DNA of 63,908 nt, filler included, from Welwitschia mirabilis (taxonomy: Eukaryota): the NCBI GenBank assembly GCA_051453625.1. It is 5 parts of one record of this genome, joined end to end, with 100 filler letters (N's around TTAATTAATTAA, not from the genome) between each part and the next. Parts side by side here need not be neighbours in the genome. Positions count along the whole stretch, not along the records: positions 12,248 to 17,128 come from JBOZIK010000001.1; positions 17,229 to 46,450 come from JBOZIK010000001.1; 3 more parts are not named here. The stretch is one strand, 5' to 3'. The position numbers and the translations under genes were made by a program. Shown here one piece after another: positions 12,341 to 26,483 of this stretch. The notes below the pieces were generated by a model. The model was given only the letters and a program-made list of their open reading frames with translations. It was not told where the DNA came from and did not search any database. Within the stretch, counting starts at the first letter, position 1. Every line of letters begins with the position of its first letter.

Positions 12341-12958
12341 AATATTTGAAAGAATTCCTAGAATGTTTGAGATTTTATATGTACTATCATAATTATGGTA
12401 GTACTAAGTAAAGTTATAGGCTACTACATGACTTTTATAATAACTAAATAAAGAAAAATTAAAGATTAATTGAGGACCGTATAGAAAATGAAATCCCAAT
12501 AAAACATAAAAGACACAAAACATTAAACTTATCTAAATTCTCATTTCATGTTTGTCTACAACTAAGCACATGAAGTAGAATACTGTGATGTATTTGGAAC
12601 ATAATGTAAGCATTTAAAAAGAGTATAGAAATTTAAAAATACTGTAAAGTATCTAAGAAGTTAGAAAATACTAGCATTACAATAGAGACACACACAAGTC
12701 CATTTAATCAGTTAATGTTTTTGACAGGATGTGATGTCAACATCCTCTTTTATTACTCCAAATATTTTATGATTTAGTTTTCTTTATTCTCTTAAATTCC
12801 TGAGAGATTTTCTCAATTGAATCCTTTGATTCACTCTATTCCATATTTGGCTATATTCACTTATATTTAATTAGTCTTGACCTCATAGATCAACAATACA
12901 ATACAATATAGTTTTCTACAGATTATTTTAAATTCGTGAGTTCATTGTTTTACTCTTT

Positions 12959-15430
12959 TGGTATCAGAGCCTTGGTTATTTTGTTGAAGCTTCAATAGAT
13001 AAGATGGTAAAAGATAGCAATACTAGTGCTTCTATTTCTACGGCAGCTCCTTTCTTTAAAGGAGAAAACTATGATTATACATAATACTTCCTTTATCTTC
13101 GATCCACATTTTGTGGATCTATATTTATCATTTGTTAAATAAGGAATTTGAATCAAGAAACTTTCTTGATTCTCTTAGCTTAACTAACTCTCTTTCATTT
13201 TAGACTTTTGATTCTCCCTAACATCATGGCTTTGCTACATTTTAATTGGTATCAACATATTAAAATGTTGGCATTACCTATGCCAAATTTTTCCAACATA
13301 AAAATGTTGCTATTACCTATGCCCAATATCCCAACATTAATCACATCATAGACCCAACAACTCTTGCATCTATGGAATGCAAGAAGGATAAAGCATTCTC
13401 TCATACTCTATACGAGTGTTAGTAATACAATCTTTCCAAAGATTGTCAATCACATACACATAAAAGAAGCGTGAGAAGTTCTTAAGACTAAGTACAAAGG
13501 ATAGGATCGAGTAGGGAAGGTGAGATTACAAACTCTTACAAGAGAATATGAGACTCTTATTATGAAAGATTCTAAATCTCTGAGGATTACATCAATTGCC
13601 GTCAAGAACTTATAAGGGCATTGCGAACTCATGGACAAAACATCAAGGAATAAAAGATCATTGGAAATATTCTCCAAACGGCACAAGGTGCTATGATCTT
13701 ATTTTCAATGTGATATAAGTAAGTAAAGATATTGACTAGTAGATAATGATTAAGCTCATTGACAGCTTCAAAACATTTGAGCAAAGAAATCAGTTGTGTG
13801 ATGAACCCACAACAAATTCTTTACAGATCTGAAAAAGAACTATGAGATCATCATAGCAACATTGGCGTCAAGAACAATCATTAAACAAAGGACGTGATTG
13901 TGAAAATCATGGTCCAAGGGATAGCAATCATGGTGGTCATAAGCTAGATCAGATTAAACCAAACATAGAAGAGAGTGGAATTATTGCAAAAGAGAAAATC
14001 ATACTTAATCAGATTGCTAGAAGCAAAAAAGGTTTCAGAATAAAAAATCTATACAATATACTAAAGAAGAAGAAGAAAAACATGAAGAACTCTTCTTCAT
14101 TGAGAAGGTTGAAGATCAAAGTTCCTTTCTCACATCTAGTGATCAACTTTCAACAGACNNNNNNNNNNCTAGTATGTCAATAGTCGTTGTAGTTATCATA
14201 TGACTGAGAACAAATCCTTACTAACTAATCTTTGTAGACATTAAGGAGAAGTAACTGTTGGCATAGGTGCAAAGGTGATAATCACAGGAATTAGATAAGT
14301 ACATAGTTCTACAAATACATGTAGATCATACACCATTTCAAATATTGATTTTGTTCTTAATTTGAAAAAGAATCCATTAAGTGTTGTCCCACTTTGTTCT
14401 AAAGACTATAGAGTAGAATTTATTAATGATTTTTTTCACAATTACTAAAAACAATAGTAAATAAATAACAGTAATCCCTTTGAGCTAAGATGGAATGTAT
14501 AAGTTATAGATATAGACGGATGTCGACTATTTAATGGAAATGAAATCATATCCATGGCTTTGGCACCTTAAACTTGGACATGTTAATTTCAGATTCATTG
14601 ATATACTGCAAAGCATGGATCTTGTTTGAGGTATCACTATTTTTTTCCTCCTCGATTTAATAAATTGTTAAATGTATGCTATAGGAAAGACAATGAAATT
14701 ACCATTTCCATAACCTAGAAATAGATCTAAAAATTGTCTAAATCTTGTGCATATGGATCTATGTGGTCTAACACAAATAATGAGTTTTAGAGAAAGTTGA
14801 TACTTGTATGTAATAGTAGATGATTACTCTAGAACTTGTTGGTGTTATTTCCTTTAGACTAAACATCAACTATAGATTGTTTTAAGGTATTTAAGAATAT
14901 GATGAAAATACAAAAGGAAAATAATTTGAAGAAAATTCAAGTGATAAAGGAAAAGAAGTTACCTTAAATGACTTTGAGTAATTTTGTAAAGATAATGGTA
15001 TTATTTATCAAACTACTGCGACATATACACCATAACAAAATGGCATACTAAAAAGGAAAATTCAAACAATCATGGCTATGGTAAGGTGTCTTCTATATCA
15101 AAGCAAATTAGATAATGCATTCTGGAATGACGCATGTGCTACTTCCATTTGTATCTTAAATCGTGTACCTTCTAATGGCTTGGATGACATAACACCATAT
15201 CAATTATGGTATGGACAATAATCTGAATATTTCTCATTTAAAGATCTTTGGCTTACTTTACGATGTGAAGGTACCTGAACAGCATCGTCAGAAGTTGGAT
15301 GAAAAGGCCTAAGTTTATATCTTTATAGGGCACAAATCCAATTCTAAAGCATTTTGTTATTTTGACTTAGAACAACATAACTTACTAAAATCAAGAGACG
15401 TCATTTTGGTAAAAGACACTATGACCAACT
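12959..15430 (+). mobile_element. Degenerate Ty1/copia retrotransposon, 5' half (PBS, gag, protease, integrase)
   Basis: tRNA-iMet PBS TGGTATCAGAGC at 12959-12970. Gag start MVKDSNTS...APFFKGENYDY; gag core KVRLQTLTREYETLIMK (~13520); protease *YVNSRCSYHMT (~14170); LWHLKLGHVNF (~14560); integrase LNLVHMDLCG, IVDDYSRTCW, YTP*QNG. Many stops and frameshifts. Confidence 0.9.
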
Positions 15431-15580
15431 TCTCTTTAATTATTAAAAATTCTAATATTTTTTTATTTTTCCTCTCCCTCTATACCTTTCCTATGAAACT
15501 CTTACCCCTTCTCATACAATTCCCCTCTTTCCCTTACTCATTCCTTATATAACCATCTATATACATCCCCTCCTCCCCAC

Positions 15581-17128
15581 TGTTGTTGTGCGTATTTATG
15601 TAATGTTTCACGCCTTGATCTAAATCCTGTTAATTACAAATAAGATGCATAAACACAGTATGCTAGTATAATCGAGAGTGATCTGAATGTTGTAATTCCG
15701 TCGAAGGCTAATAGTATGGATAATAAAGAGTTGATTTCGNNNNNNNNNNNNNNNNNNNNNNNNNNNNNNNNNNNNNNNNNNNNNNNNNNNNNNNNNNNNN
15801 NNNNNNNNNNNNNNNNNNNNNNNNNNNNNNNNNNNNNNNCCTCCTCCCCATTGTTGTGGTGCGTATTTATGTAATGTTTCACGCCTTGATCTAAATCTTG
15901 TTAATTACAAATAAGATGCATAAACATAGCACGCTAGTATAATCGGGAGTGATCCGAATGTTGTAATTCCATCGAAGGCTAATAGTATGGATAATAAAGA
16001 GTTTATTTCAAGAAAGAAATATGTAACTCTAATGTACTGAAATAATTTATAATGCATGGAATTGAAATAACAATGCAAAACTAATCTATGAAAAGAAATA
16101 ATGACGTACCTAATCTAATCAAGCTCAACCTTAACAAAGGTTGCACTCATAATCTATATAATAGAAGAAACCTGTCACGAATCTTAAACAACATAAACTA
16201 TAAGGGAGAGATTCCTGTATATATTGAACAAGAAGGATAATTCATATTAAAAAGCATAAAAGACATCTGTATCACAAAGTAGTCATTCCTTAATGGAGGA
16301 TACGCCACCCGACACCAAGGTAATGTCTCTCTGGATTATAAGATGATTCTCCTATCCCAAGATCTCCTGTCACGNNNNNNNNNNATATTGTCAAAGATGA
16401 TTAAGAATCAAGGGGGAGACCTTTATTTATAGATAGAAAAGGAAGGGAAACTAACAGAGAAGTAGAGGAGAGACCCTAGATAACATGTAAAATAAAGTCA
16501 CAAAGAAGTGGCAATGACTCGGGAATACATTTGGTAAAAGTGTGAGAGAACAGTGTCGTCCTTCTTGTCATCTAGACGATGGAGGAGACGACGAAGACTG
16601 ATAATTGGACCTCTTGGTCTGCTCTAGTTTAATTGTCTATCAACTACATGTGAACTTGTTATTGCATTATCTGAGATGTCATCTGCTAGTGACGTCCAGA
16701 TGATTAGGTGGACGACAGGCTTTCATTAACCTTTAGTCAATCTAATCGTTTAGTTGTTTGCAGGAATCATTATCCAAAAATACAATTTATCTATATCTGC
16801 ATGAAATGCTCGTAATTTATCTGTAAACTACATGTTTTCATTCTCTTCATCTCGATTCTTGATTATCATAAGGATTAAGCTTTTATCTATTAATTCACCT
16901 ACAAAACAACTCATAATACCCTATCAAATACACATAAGTTAGCAACGCAACATAGCCCCCCACTTAGCCTTGTCAGTCCTTGACAAAACCAGGCGGTAAA
17001 CCACGTTTACGAGACAACTTTGGAATAATAAAAACAGCTAGGATATCTAAAGAAAGCATCTGACATATATCAATAATAGACTGAATTTCTGGAAAATTCA
17101 AAAACTGAATAAAAAAACCAGTAAGGCA
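15581..17128 (-). mobile_element. Athila-like gypsy 3' LTR (~15581-16952, left part duplicated across a gap) plus PPT
   Basis: On the minus strand: PPT AAGTGGGGGG-CTA, then TGTTG at 16952 and terminal CAACA at 15581; TATA-like CTATAAATAAAGG near 16420-16431. The same PPT/LTR start occurs at 40681-40700 and 53855-53875. Confidence 0.8.
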
Positions 17129-17228
17129 NNNNNNNNNNNNNNNNNNNNNNNNNNNNNNNNNNNNNNNNNNNNTTAATTAATTAANNNNNNNNNNNNNNNN
17201 NNNNNNNNNNNNNNNNNNNNNNNNNNNN
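17129..17228. other. Artificial scaffold linker
   Basis: TTAATTAATTAA at 17173-17184 with 44 N on each side. Confidence 0.97.
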
Positions 17229-20200
17229 TTTGGTGGAGTTTCCACAACTATTGTATCATACTCACAAAGGATAGAAAAATTTACCTTGATATGCTTGTGG
17301 TTGAATATCATGAAATTTATTTGAACATTTCTCTTTTTTTTTTGGTTCTTTATTTGGTTTTTTTTCTATTTAAATATTTCTTTCCTTGAAAGAACAGACT
17401 ATGATTCCCTTTTTAAAATATTGATTAATCATTAAATAATAAATAACTAAGTACAAAGTTACAAAGTAGCATCTTATTTGATGTCACTAGTGCTTAATCA
17501 GAAGTCATCATAGATATTAAAATTCATAGACATTGGAATGTATTAGATTGACTAAACTTCAATCTCTATCATTCTAAACTCCTAAAGTAAATAATTACAT
17601 CATCAGATATTAAAATGACTCAACCAAGAATCTGACTAAGAAGCTACTTAGACAATGCAAAAGGTAAGATGTTCCTTTTGTATAAGAGGATCATCTACGT
17701 TAGTTGCTTCAATCTTATTCATGCTATATGGCAAAGTAATTGATATAGCATCAACCGTTATCCCTTTACTTTAAACATTTCATGAGTGCTTAAATTTAAA
17801 ATCTTAATAGAGATATTAATATGCACTTTCTCTATTTATTAAGAACCTAGCCATTTAGAGGTTAATTTATTATGAAGAAAATGCANNNNNNNNNNNNNNN
17901 NNNNNNNNNNNNNNNNNNNNNNNNNNNNNNNNNNNNNNNNNNNNNNNNNNNNNNNNNNNNNNNNNNNNNNNNNNNNNNNNNNNNNATTAATATGCACTTT
18001 TTCTATTTGTTAAGAACCTAGCCATTTAGAGGTTAATTTATTATGAATAAAATGCACTTAAGTATTGAATAATAAAACCAACTAACTAGATTGAAAAGAT
18101 TTGGAGATAAGTTTTTATCATGGTATAATTTTTCTTGAACTTTTTGGATGAGTTACTTATGAATAGCATAATTTCATTTCCCATCAAGATGTTGAATTTG
18201 GTACTAGTATATGTTAAATATTATTATTAAAATCCATAACATTAAGTTGATGAATAATTTTAGAGGAATTATAGCACAAATCAAGGAAAAGAACACAAGC
18301 TTTACCATACATAAGGATAAAAACTAAGTGAATTATACCAAGTAATATAATAATCCCAAAGTACATCATGAAGTTTAATAAACCAAGTATTTTTATTTTG
18401 GAATATTAATTTATAAATCATTTTTATTTCCTTATTAAGATTTTTATCTTAAACATTAGTGTGAAGATGATAAGCATTTGCTATTTTATGCTTAATTCCA
18501 ATAGAAAGAAGGAGTTTTCTAAGAATCTTGTTTATAAAATTAGTGCCTTGATTGCTAATCAAGATTTTAGAAAATCCTAATCTATGAAACATATTAGATA
18601 TAAGGAAAGATTATATAGTTTTGGCATCATAGAAATGGNNNNNNNNNNNNNNNNNNNNNNNNNNNNNNNNNNNNNNNNNNNNNNNNNNNNNNNNNNNNNN
18701 NNNNNNNNNNNNNNNNNNNNNNNNNNNNNNNNNNNNNNNNNNNNNNNNNNNNNNNNNNNNNNNNNNNNNNNNNNNNNNNNNNNNNNNNCATGCTACCAAA
18801 AATTGACAAGCATTACATTTTCTTATAAAGTTAAATAAATCTTTAAAGAGGGTAGTCCAATCTAAAGCTACATGAAGGATTTTCATCAAATTAATTTAGC
18901 TACTAAAATGATCTCCACACACTATACCATGATAAAAAGTAAAAATATCATATTGCTTCCATTATAACAAACATTTACACATAATTTTATCTTTACATAT
19001 TTAGTAGAGGTGAGGTTCATGCCATTCATACTCTCCTAGTCTATGAAGAAATGATTTTTTTTTATTGTGATTCTAATGTTAGGGATTTATTAAGGAAACA
19101 AGATAATTAACAATATTAGCATGCCATGGAGCGGGGTGTTTAGAAAATGGAAAATATTTGCTCATCTAGAAAATTATCTTAGATAGAAAGGTATTGAGAA
19201 AAATGTAAGGGATGGTGTTAATAAGGGATTCTAGATAAATGATCAATAATATAATTACTTTTTTCCTTATTTATCAATGATAGTTAAGTTAAATTCTTTC
19301 ATTAACAANNNNNNNNNNNNNNNNNNNNNNNNNNNNNNNNNNNNNNNNNNNNNNNNNNNNNNNNNNNNNNNNNNNNNNNNNNNNNNNNNNNNNNNNTCAA
19401 GAAGATAGTGTTGAAGTTTATCAATACAAAAGATAATAGAAAGTATTTATTTTTTAGTAGTGGTATAATTAAGTTGAGCTCTTGAAAGAGTTTTACTAAT
19501 ATAGCAAATAACATTATAACTTTTCTCACCCTATCACACCCCCCATAGAAATATCACTTGCATTACACATAAGTTCAAAGTATTTATTCCAATTAGATCT
19601 TTCTATAATAGGTGCTAAAGTGATTTTATTTTTAATATTTTTAAAGGCAAGTTAACAATACTCATTCCCATCAAGTTCAGCATCTTTTTCTAAGGAAGAA
19701 TGAAGAAGTTTATAATTTTTAACATAGTTCCAAATTAGTCATTGATAAAAACTAGCATGATAAAGGAAAGATGTAACTTACTTTACCTTGGTTAGAAAAG
19801 GGATGTTTCTAATGACATTAATTTTAGCAAGGTTCATTTAAATACCATTGCTAGATATATGATGACCCAGGGCTATCCCATTTCTTATCAAAAAGTAACT
19901 CTTTTTCCAACTCAAATTGAGATTACTTTCTATGCATAGATTAAGGACTTTTTTCAATCTTTCTAAGGTTTGTTTAAAAGGACTCCAAAAAATAGAAACG
20001 TAATCCATGAATATTTTTATTGACTCCTTAATCATGTCTAAAACAATATCCATTATGGCTCTTTAAAAGGTTAAAGGTGAATTACATAATAAAAGGGTAT
20101 TCTTCTAAAGGCAAAGGTACCAAAAAGAGAGAGAAAATTTGTCTTAGCTTAATCTTCATTAGTTATGCATACTTGATTATAACCACTATATCCATCAAGA

Positions 20201-23200
20201 AAACAACAATATGCATGTCCTTTAATTCTATTAAGAATTTTATCTAGAAATGGTAAGCAATAATACTCTTTTTTGGTGACATCATTAAGCTTTTTAAAAT
20301 TAATAAAAAGTCATCACTTCTCATCCTTCTTTGGTACTATAGTAATAGAACTAACCCCTTCATTATTAGATATGGCATAAATGATTTCTAATTCTATTAG
20401 TTTGATGATTTCTTTGTTTACTAGTTTCTTAAAGATAGGATTAAGTATTTTTTATGGTTACCTAATATGTTTAGCATTATCTTCCAAATAAATTTTATGC
20501 TAAATAATGGAAGAGGAATAGCTAAAAGATTTTTTTAAGTTTAAGAAAAAGCATGTGTTATGGAATTAATAAGTTTAAGTAGTGATTCTTCTTGAGAAGG
20601 ATGAAGACATGTATTAATAATTAAGTGTTTTTTAAGGTTATTATTCAAAAAGATGTATTTCAGTCCATGTGGTAGTTTTTTAAGATCCAAATCAGAATTA
20701 TCCCTTATTGTAATTAGAATCCCATCTTAAGGTAGGAGGTTTTGTATGGTTTTAACATATGAATATCGTGATTAATAAGAGTTTCAAAGTTTTTATTTTT
20801 ATCCTCATTTGAGTTGTTACCTAATAGATCATTATTAATATTATAAGAATTGAAGGAATTAAGGATTCCCAAGATTTTTTTCACATTCTTGCAAATAATC
20901 AAATAAAGTTGGATTGTATAAAGTAAGAAGTCTTTCTTCTAAAGGTTGATGTTGAATAACCATTGAGGATCTAATTTATTGCTTAAGATTAAAATCTTTT
21001 GTCATATATTTTTTAATTACATTAAAAACTCTAAAAATGAATTTCTTATTCCCCATATCCCATTCCATCATTCCTCTTCATGTGCTAATAATGTCATGGT
21101 CTATTACACAAAATGCTCTTTCTAAGAGTAAAGGGTACACTCCATTGTGTTATACAGTAATATTATCACATCTATAGAGTAAAATATCTCTTCAATTTAT
21201 GTGAACTAATCCTTAGCAACTATAGCTAATAATTTCTAAGATTTGCATTAGCTAGTTCTAATACAATTTTTGTTGATTCAATCCTCTTTTCTAATTCAAA
21301 CATTTTGTAGATGTAAAATGTCATAATCTTGACATTTAATCCTATGTCTATCAAGGATTTCTTGATCTTTTTTCTTCCTTATAAGATAACACTAATTTTA
21401 ATAGCCCCTGGGTCTTTGAATGTTGGACATTTTTATGCCACTAAGTTAGAAAAGGTGTTTGCAATGAACACCACACTTGATATAGTTCTTTGTTATTTTC
21501 TCTTAACAAAGTCTTTCCAATTTTTATTGTATGTAGGATTATCTTGCAATATTTTCCAAAAAGGTAGGTTAATTTTCACATCTTCATAATTACCATAAGG
21601 TAATTATCACATTAGGATTAGTATTTAATCTTTATAACCAAGGAGTTATGGGCTTATTTCTCATGTTATCATNNNNNNNNNNNNNNNNNNNNNNNNNNNN
21701 NNNNNNNNNNNNNNNNNNNNNNNNNNNNNNNNNNNNNNNNNNNNNNNNNNNNNNNNNNNNNNNNNNNNNNNNTCTTAGGGTAGGAGATTTTGTATGGTTT
21801 TAACATGGTAAATATCATGATTAATAAGAGGTTTAAAGTTTTCATTTATATCCTCATTTGAGTTGTTATCTAAGAGACCATTATTAATATTATAAGGATT
21901 GAAGGAATTAAGGATTCCCAAGGTTTTCTTCACATTCTTACAAATAATCAAATAAAGTTGGATTGTATAAAGTGAGAAGTCTTTATTCTACAGGTTGATG
22001 TTGAATAACCATTAAAGATCTAATTTATTGCTTAAGGTTAAAATCTTCTCCCATATATTTTTTAATTACATTAAAAACTCTAATAATGAATTTCTTATTC
22101 TCCACATCCCATTCCATCATTCCTTTTCATGTGCCAATAATGTCATGGTCTATTACACAAAATGCTCCTTCTAAGAGTAAAGGGTATCCTCCATTGTGTT
22201 CTACATTAATAATTATCACATCTATAGGGTAAAATATTTCTTCAATTTATGTGAACTATTCCTTAGCAGCTATAGCTGATTTTCTAAGAGTTGCATTAGC
22301 TAGTTCTAATATAATTTTTGTTGATTCAATCCTCTTTTCTAATCCAAACATTTTGAAGATGTAAAATGTCATAATGTTGACATTTAATCCTATGTCTATC
22401 AAGGATGTCTTGATCTTTTTTCTTTCTTATAAGATAACAATAATTTTAATAGCCCCTGGGTCTTTGAATTTTGGACATTTTTATGACACTAAGTTAGAAA
22501 AGGACTTTGCAATGAACACCACACTTGATATAGTTCTTTTTTGTTTTCTCTTAACTAAGTCTTTCCAAATTTTGTTGTATCTAGGATTATCTTGCAATAT
22601 TTTCCAAAAAGGTAGGTTAATGTTCACATGTTGCATAATCACCATAAGATAATTATCATATGTAGGATTAGTCTTTAATCTTTATAACCAAGGAGTTATG
22701 GGCTTATTTCTCATGTTATCATTAGTTGTGTTATGCTCGGATTTTTTTTTTTTTTTTTTTAATAAGCTAAAGGAAATGCAGGTTGATTAAGAATTTCTAT
22801 GTCATCATCATGGGTGTGGTGTTCTTAGTTGTAAAAAGTTAGAGCTACTTCATTAGGAGTTATATCATGTCTACTTCTTATTACTATCTTCTAATCCTTT
22901 TTAATATCATTTGTATCGGGAATAGTTTAGATTGTAAGGGAGCCTTGAGATCTTTAGTTTTCTAACATAGTTTGTTAAAGGATCTCAATCAAATTTTATA
23001 GGTTATTTTTTTATTATTTAAATTTTGTAGTGTTTTCTTGCATTTTCTTCATGTCTTCCATTAACTATCTAATGGAATTACATCAAACATTTTAAGGATA
23101 AAAATTATTAAAACTAGAGTTATTTGGCTAAAATTTGTTAGGCTAAAATTTATTGCTTTATATCTATTATTAAAATAGGATCTAAATGTTGGTTGTGATC

Positions 23201-26200
23201 CCATATTTTATGGCTAAAATTGCTAGTTATTTCTGGAAGTATTAGATCTTTAATTGAATTCACAAGATTCTTTATAGATCATTTCTCTATATGATGGTAA
23301 GGAAAGACAATATTTGGTGTAATGAGAGTTGTCTTCACATATTTTACAAGGAGAGTAAGGTAATCATGGTTGAGATGGTTGATTTAAAATTTTTACATTA
23401 GCCAAGGTCTTGGTGTAAGTTTCTAATGTATTGGTAAGATCTTGAACTAGATTGCTAGGACTAGGTTGTTCTTCATATTGTACTTTCTTGATGTCTTTTA
23501 ACATTTTTCCCATAGTTATATTTTCTTTAATGATTGCTTTAGGTCATGTTTGACTAATTTTTACCAATGCTTTTAAAAGTTTTAATCATCCTATAAATTT
23601 AAGTTGAGTAAATTTCTTACACATGTAGAACATACTAATTGCTTGATTTAGCTATTTAATGCACTATAGAAGTAGTTAACAAGTTTTACTCTTGAAAATT
23701 CATCTATATAATTGGATGAGATGGCAATTAAAAATCTCTTATAAGTTTTAACATAATCCTCATGAGGTTGTTATGCAAAGTTAATGATTCTTTTTTCCTT
23801 TTTCTCATGATTACTTTACTCATGAATCTTTTTATAAATGCATCTTAAACTTGGTTCCAAGTATTAAGGCTTTTATGTGGGATAATTTTCAACCAATTTT
23901 TAGTCTTTCCTCTAAGAGGAAAAGGGGAAATAATCATGTAAATCTTATCAATTACCTTTTTTCTTCTCATTTCCTGAGATAAGAATGAGTTGTTCTATTT
24001 TAGCTAAGTGTTGAAAAGGATCTTCTTCATCTTCTCCTAAAAATGTAAGATAGGATTACAAGTTTTTAAGTTACACATCATCTCCATTAGCTAGGTCAAA
24101 GAGATTCCAGATCTCTCTTTTTCTTTAAGCTATTAGTTCCTTAAAAGTTAGGGTATAAGTAAGAGTAGAAGTAAAGGTAGACATTTTTTAAGGTTTAGAA
24201 GGAAAAAATGTTTGAAAGGAGGATTTGAAGAGGAAGATGATTTAAAAAAATTACTTTTAGAAATAGGTAAATTACTTTTAGGAATGTGAAATGCAGAATA
24301 ATTATGTTCCTCTATTTTAGATTAAAATGAAACTTTCTTACCTTAAGCCTTAAATTAAATTCAACTAACTCTTCTTTAATTATGTGGCTAACAAATAGCT
24401 GCTCCCACTAATGCTTTTTCTATGTGATCATTCCCTTGCATTTTCATAAAAGGTTAAAATAAATTTCTTTACACCTAAGTAAAAAAATCCCTTCTAGATC
24501 ATATGAAGTACAAGAAGGAGTCTATATCAACAATGGATGTAACATAAAGTGTAAACTAAGTTTATTAAAAATCATAATAATCTCCAACTTCTAAGAAAAA
24601 CTAATAGTAAAAAAGAAAGTTAAACTAAGAAAGTTAAACTACAAACTAATCTAAGAAGGAAAAAAATTATATTTATGAACTATACTAGTAAACATTTTAA
24701 AATCAATTTACTTACTTGAATAGTGAAAATTAACCTTTCAAACTTTCTTGGACTCCTTCCTGATAATAGTGCTAATTTGTTTGGGTGTAAATCATGTGAT
24801 TAATTTTTATTTTCTTCTAATGTCATTAAGCTTTAATACCTATAATTCTTAATAAACTTACACGAAACAAACTAGTATATGAAATTCAACCCAAATGTCA
24901 TACTTTATAGAGGAATTTGAAATAGGAAGTTAAAATATTACTTGCATTAAAAAGTACAAAACTAAAAAAGATTTTCTAATCTATCTTTAGAATTAAAAAG
25001 TAATGATACAATAGATGAAATGTAAGATGCAAAAATGGATGCAATCTAAATACAAGAACTAACTAGATGCACCAACTTGTTGTTATTCAAGTTAGCCCTT
25101 ATAATCTATATAAATTATAAATAATTATCAGTTATATTCAATTGACATTAACTATAAGAAATATTGGAAAGTAATTTTAAAAATAACACTTTAATCAATA
25201 ACTTTACTAATCAAAGTTCTCACATCGTTTTACAAAGTAATAACTTCTTAATGAAGGAGACATAGTCTGATACCAAGAAACACTCTTCTCTATAACTAGA
25301 ATGGATCCCTTGCTTAATCAATATTCAAATTGTCATAAGACTAATTGATGCACTAAAAATGAGACATAAGGGATCTAAGTGAGGTGTTTATAAATTTGAA
25401 ATAATGATTAGAATTACCAAAGAGTTGTAATATACTAGAGGTAATCATAATAGTAATTTCATTACCAATGAAGTCCATTTCATATTTATTAAAAGTTTCA
25501 TCCACTTGAGTATCATCTAGACAATCAAGTAAACAACAGGTGATATTGATTTATAATGATTTTTTATACTTCATGTATATTCTTGATGAAATAATTAAGT
25601 ATTATAGATTTAATACCATTGTTAATATCATTTGGATGACATGATAAATAATGGTTGATCTCTTCCTTTAACAGTTTTTTATCCTTCATGTAACTTCTCA
25701 GTGATAGTTGAGTTTAATAATTTAGTTTTATCTTGGCTATTATTCAAACAACTAGGTGGATAACTATTATCTATTAATTTATAATTTCTATTTCTCATAT
25801 TTTTACTAGTCATCTTGGGTGTTCTCCAAATAGCTAGGTGGATGATAGATCATTTTAGTCTTCTCTACATTCTTATGTCATAGTTGGCTTTTGTCTTAGC
25901 ATATGAAGTTTTTTCCCATTGAAATTAATATTTCTTCGTCTTTTGTAAGTTTATTAATTAAGATCAGTATTCTCCTAAACTTGATCATTACTTATGTATT
26001 AATTGATACATCCTTGTATCTTTCAAAGGGGTTGAATTTGATAATGTATTCTGTCAACTTCTGGTTTCATCTTCAAAATGTGATTTGGCTACTCTAATGA
26101 TTATCATCCTCTAGAGTATTTTCCAGATGATAGGGTGGATGACTATTAGTAGAAACTTGATTTCTTTATTTTTTGATCCTCTTAATCATCTCCCTAAGTA

Positions 26201-26483
26201 TTTCTAGATAACCAGGTGGACAACAATCTTTTCTTTACCCTTTGGACTCTTGATCATCATCTATTATTCTAGATTTATGATGGTCTAGATAAGCTAGGAA
26301 ATGTAAAATATATTAGAAAAGAATATCTGAATTTATTTTTTTGTATCATCATCTTGATTGAGCTGCAGTTTCTTTCTATTTAGCTTAGAAACATATTAAA
26401 TATACATGAAACATACTCTAAACATGATGTTAAATATCACCAATTAAACTTGCAATCCTTACCTTATTGCTTATAATCCAACA
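17229..26483 (-). mobile_element. Degenerate Athila-like Ty3/gypsy element (5' LTR ~24778-26483, PBS, gag, PR, RT, RH, INT)
   Basis: On the minus strand the LTR runs from TGTTGG (26483) to CAAACA (24778). PBS TAGCACTATTATCAGGAA (24757-24774) is a transition-decayed TGGCGCCGTTGCCGGGGA. RT fragment IKIFMDYVSIF...NLNLSWKKSYFLIRNGIALGHHISSNGI (ORF 19838..20053). Homologous to the + strand pol at 33100-36400. Confidence 0.88.

Noticed and set aside
25505..26230. CRISPR-like repeat-spacer array
   Set aside because: The repeats are degenerate, irregularly spaced and inside a plant LTR, and there are no cas genes.
15581..26483. Treating 15581-16952 and 24778-26483 as the two LTRs of one element
   Set aside because: The LTR termini and bodies differ, the decay levels differ, and an artificial linker separates them.
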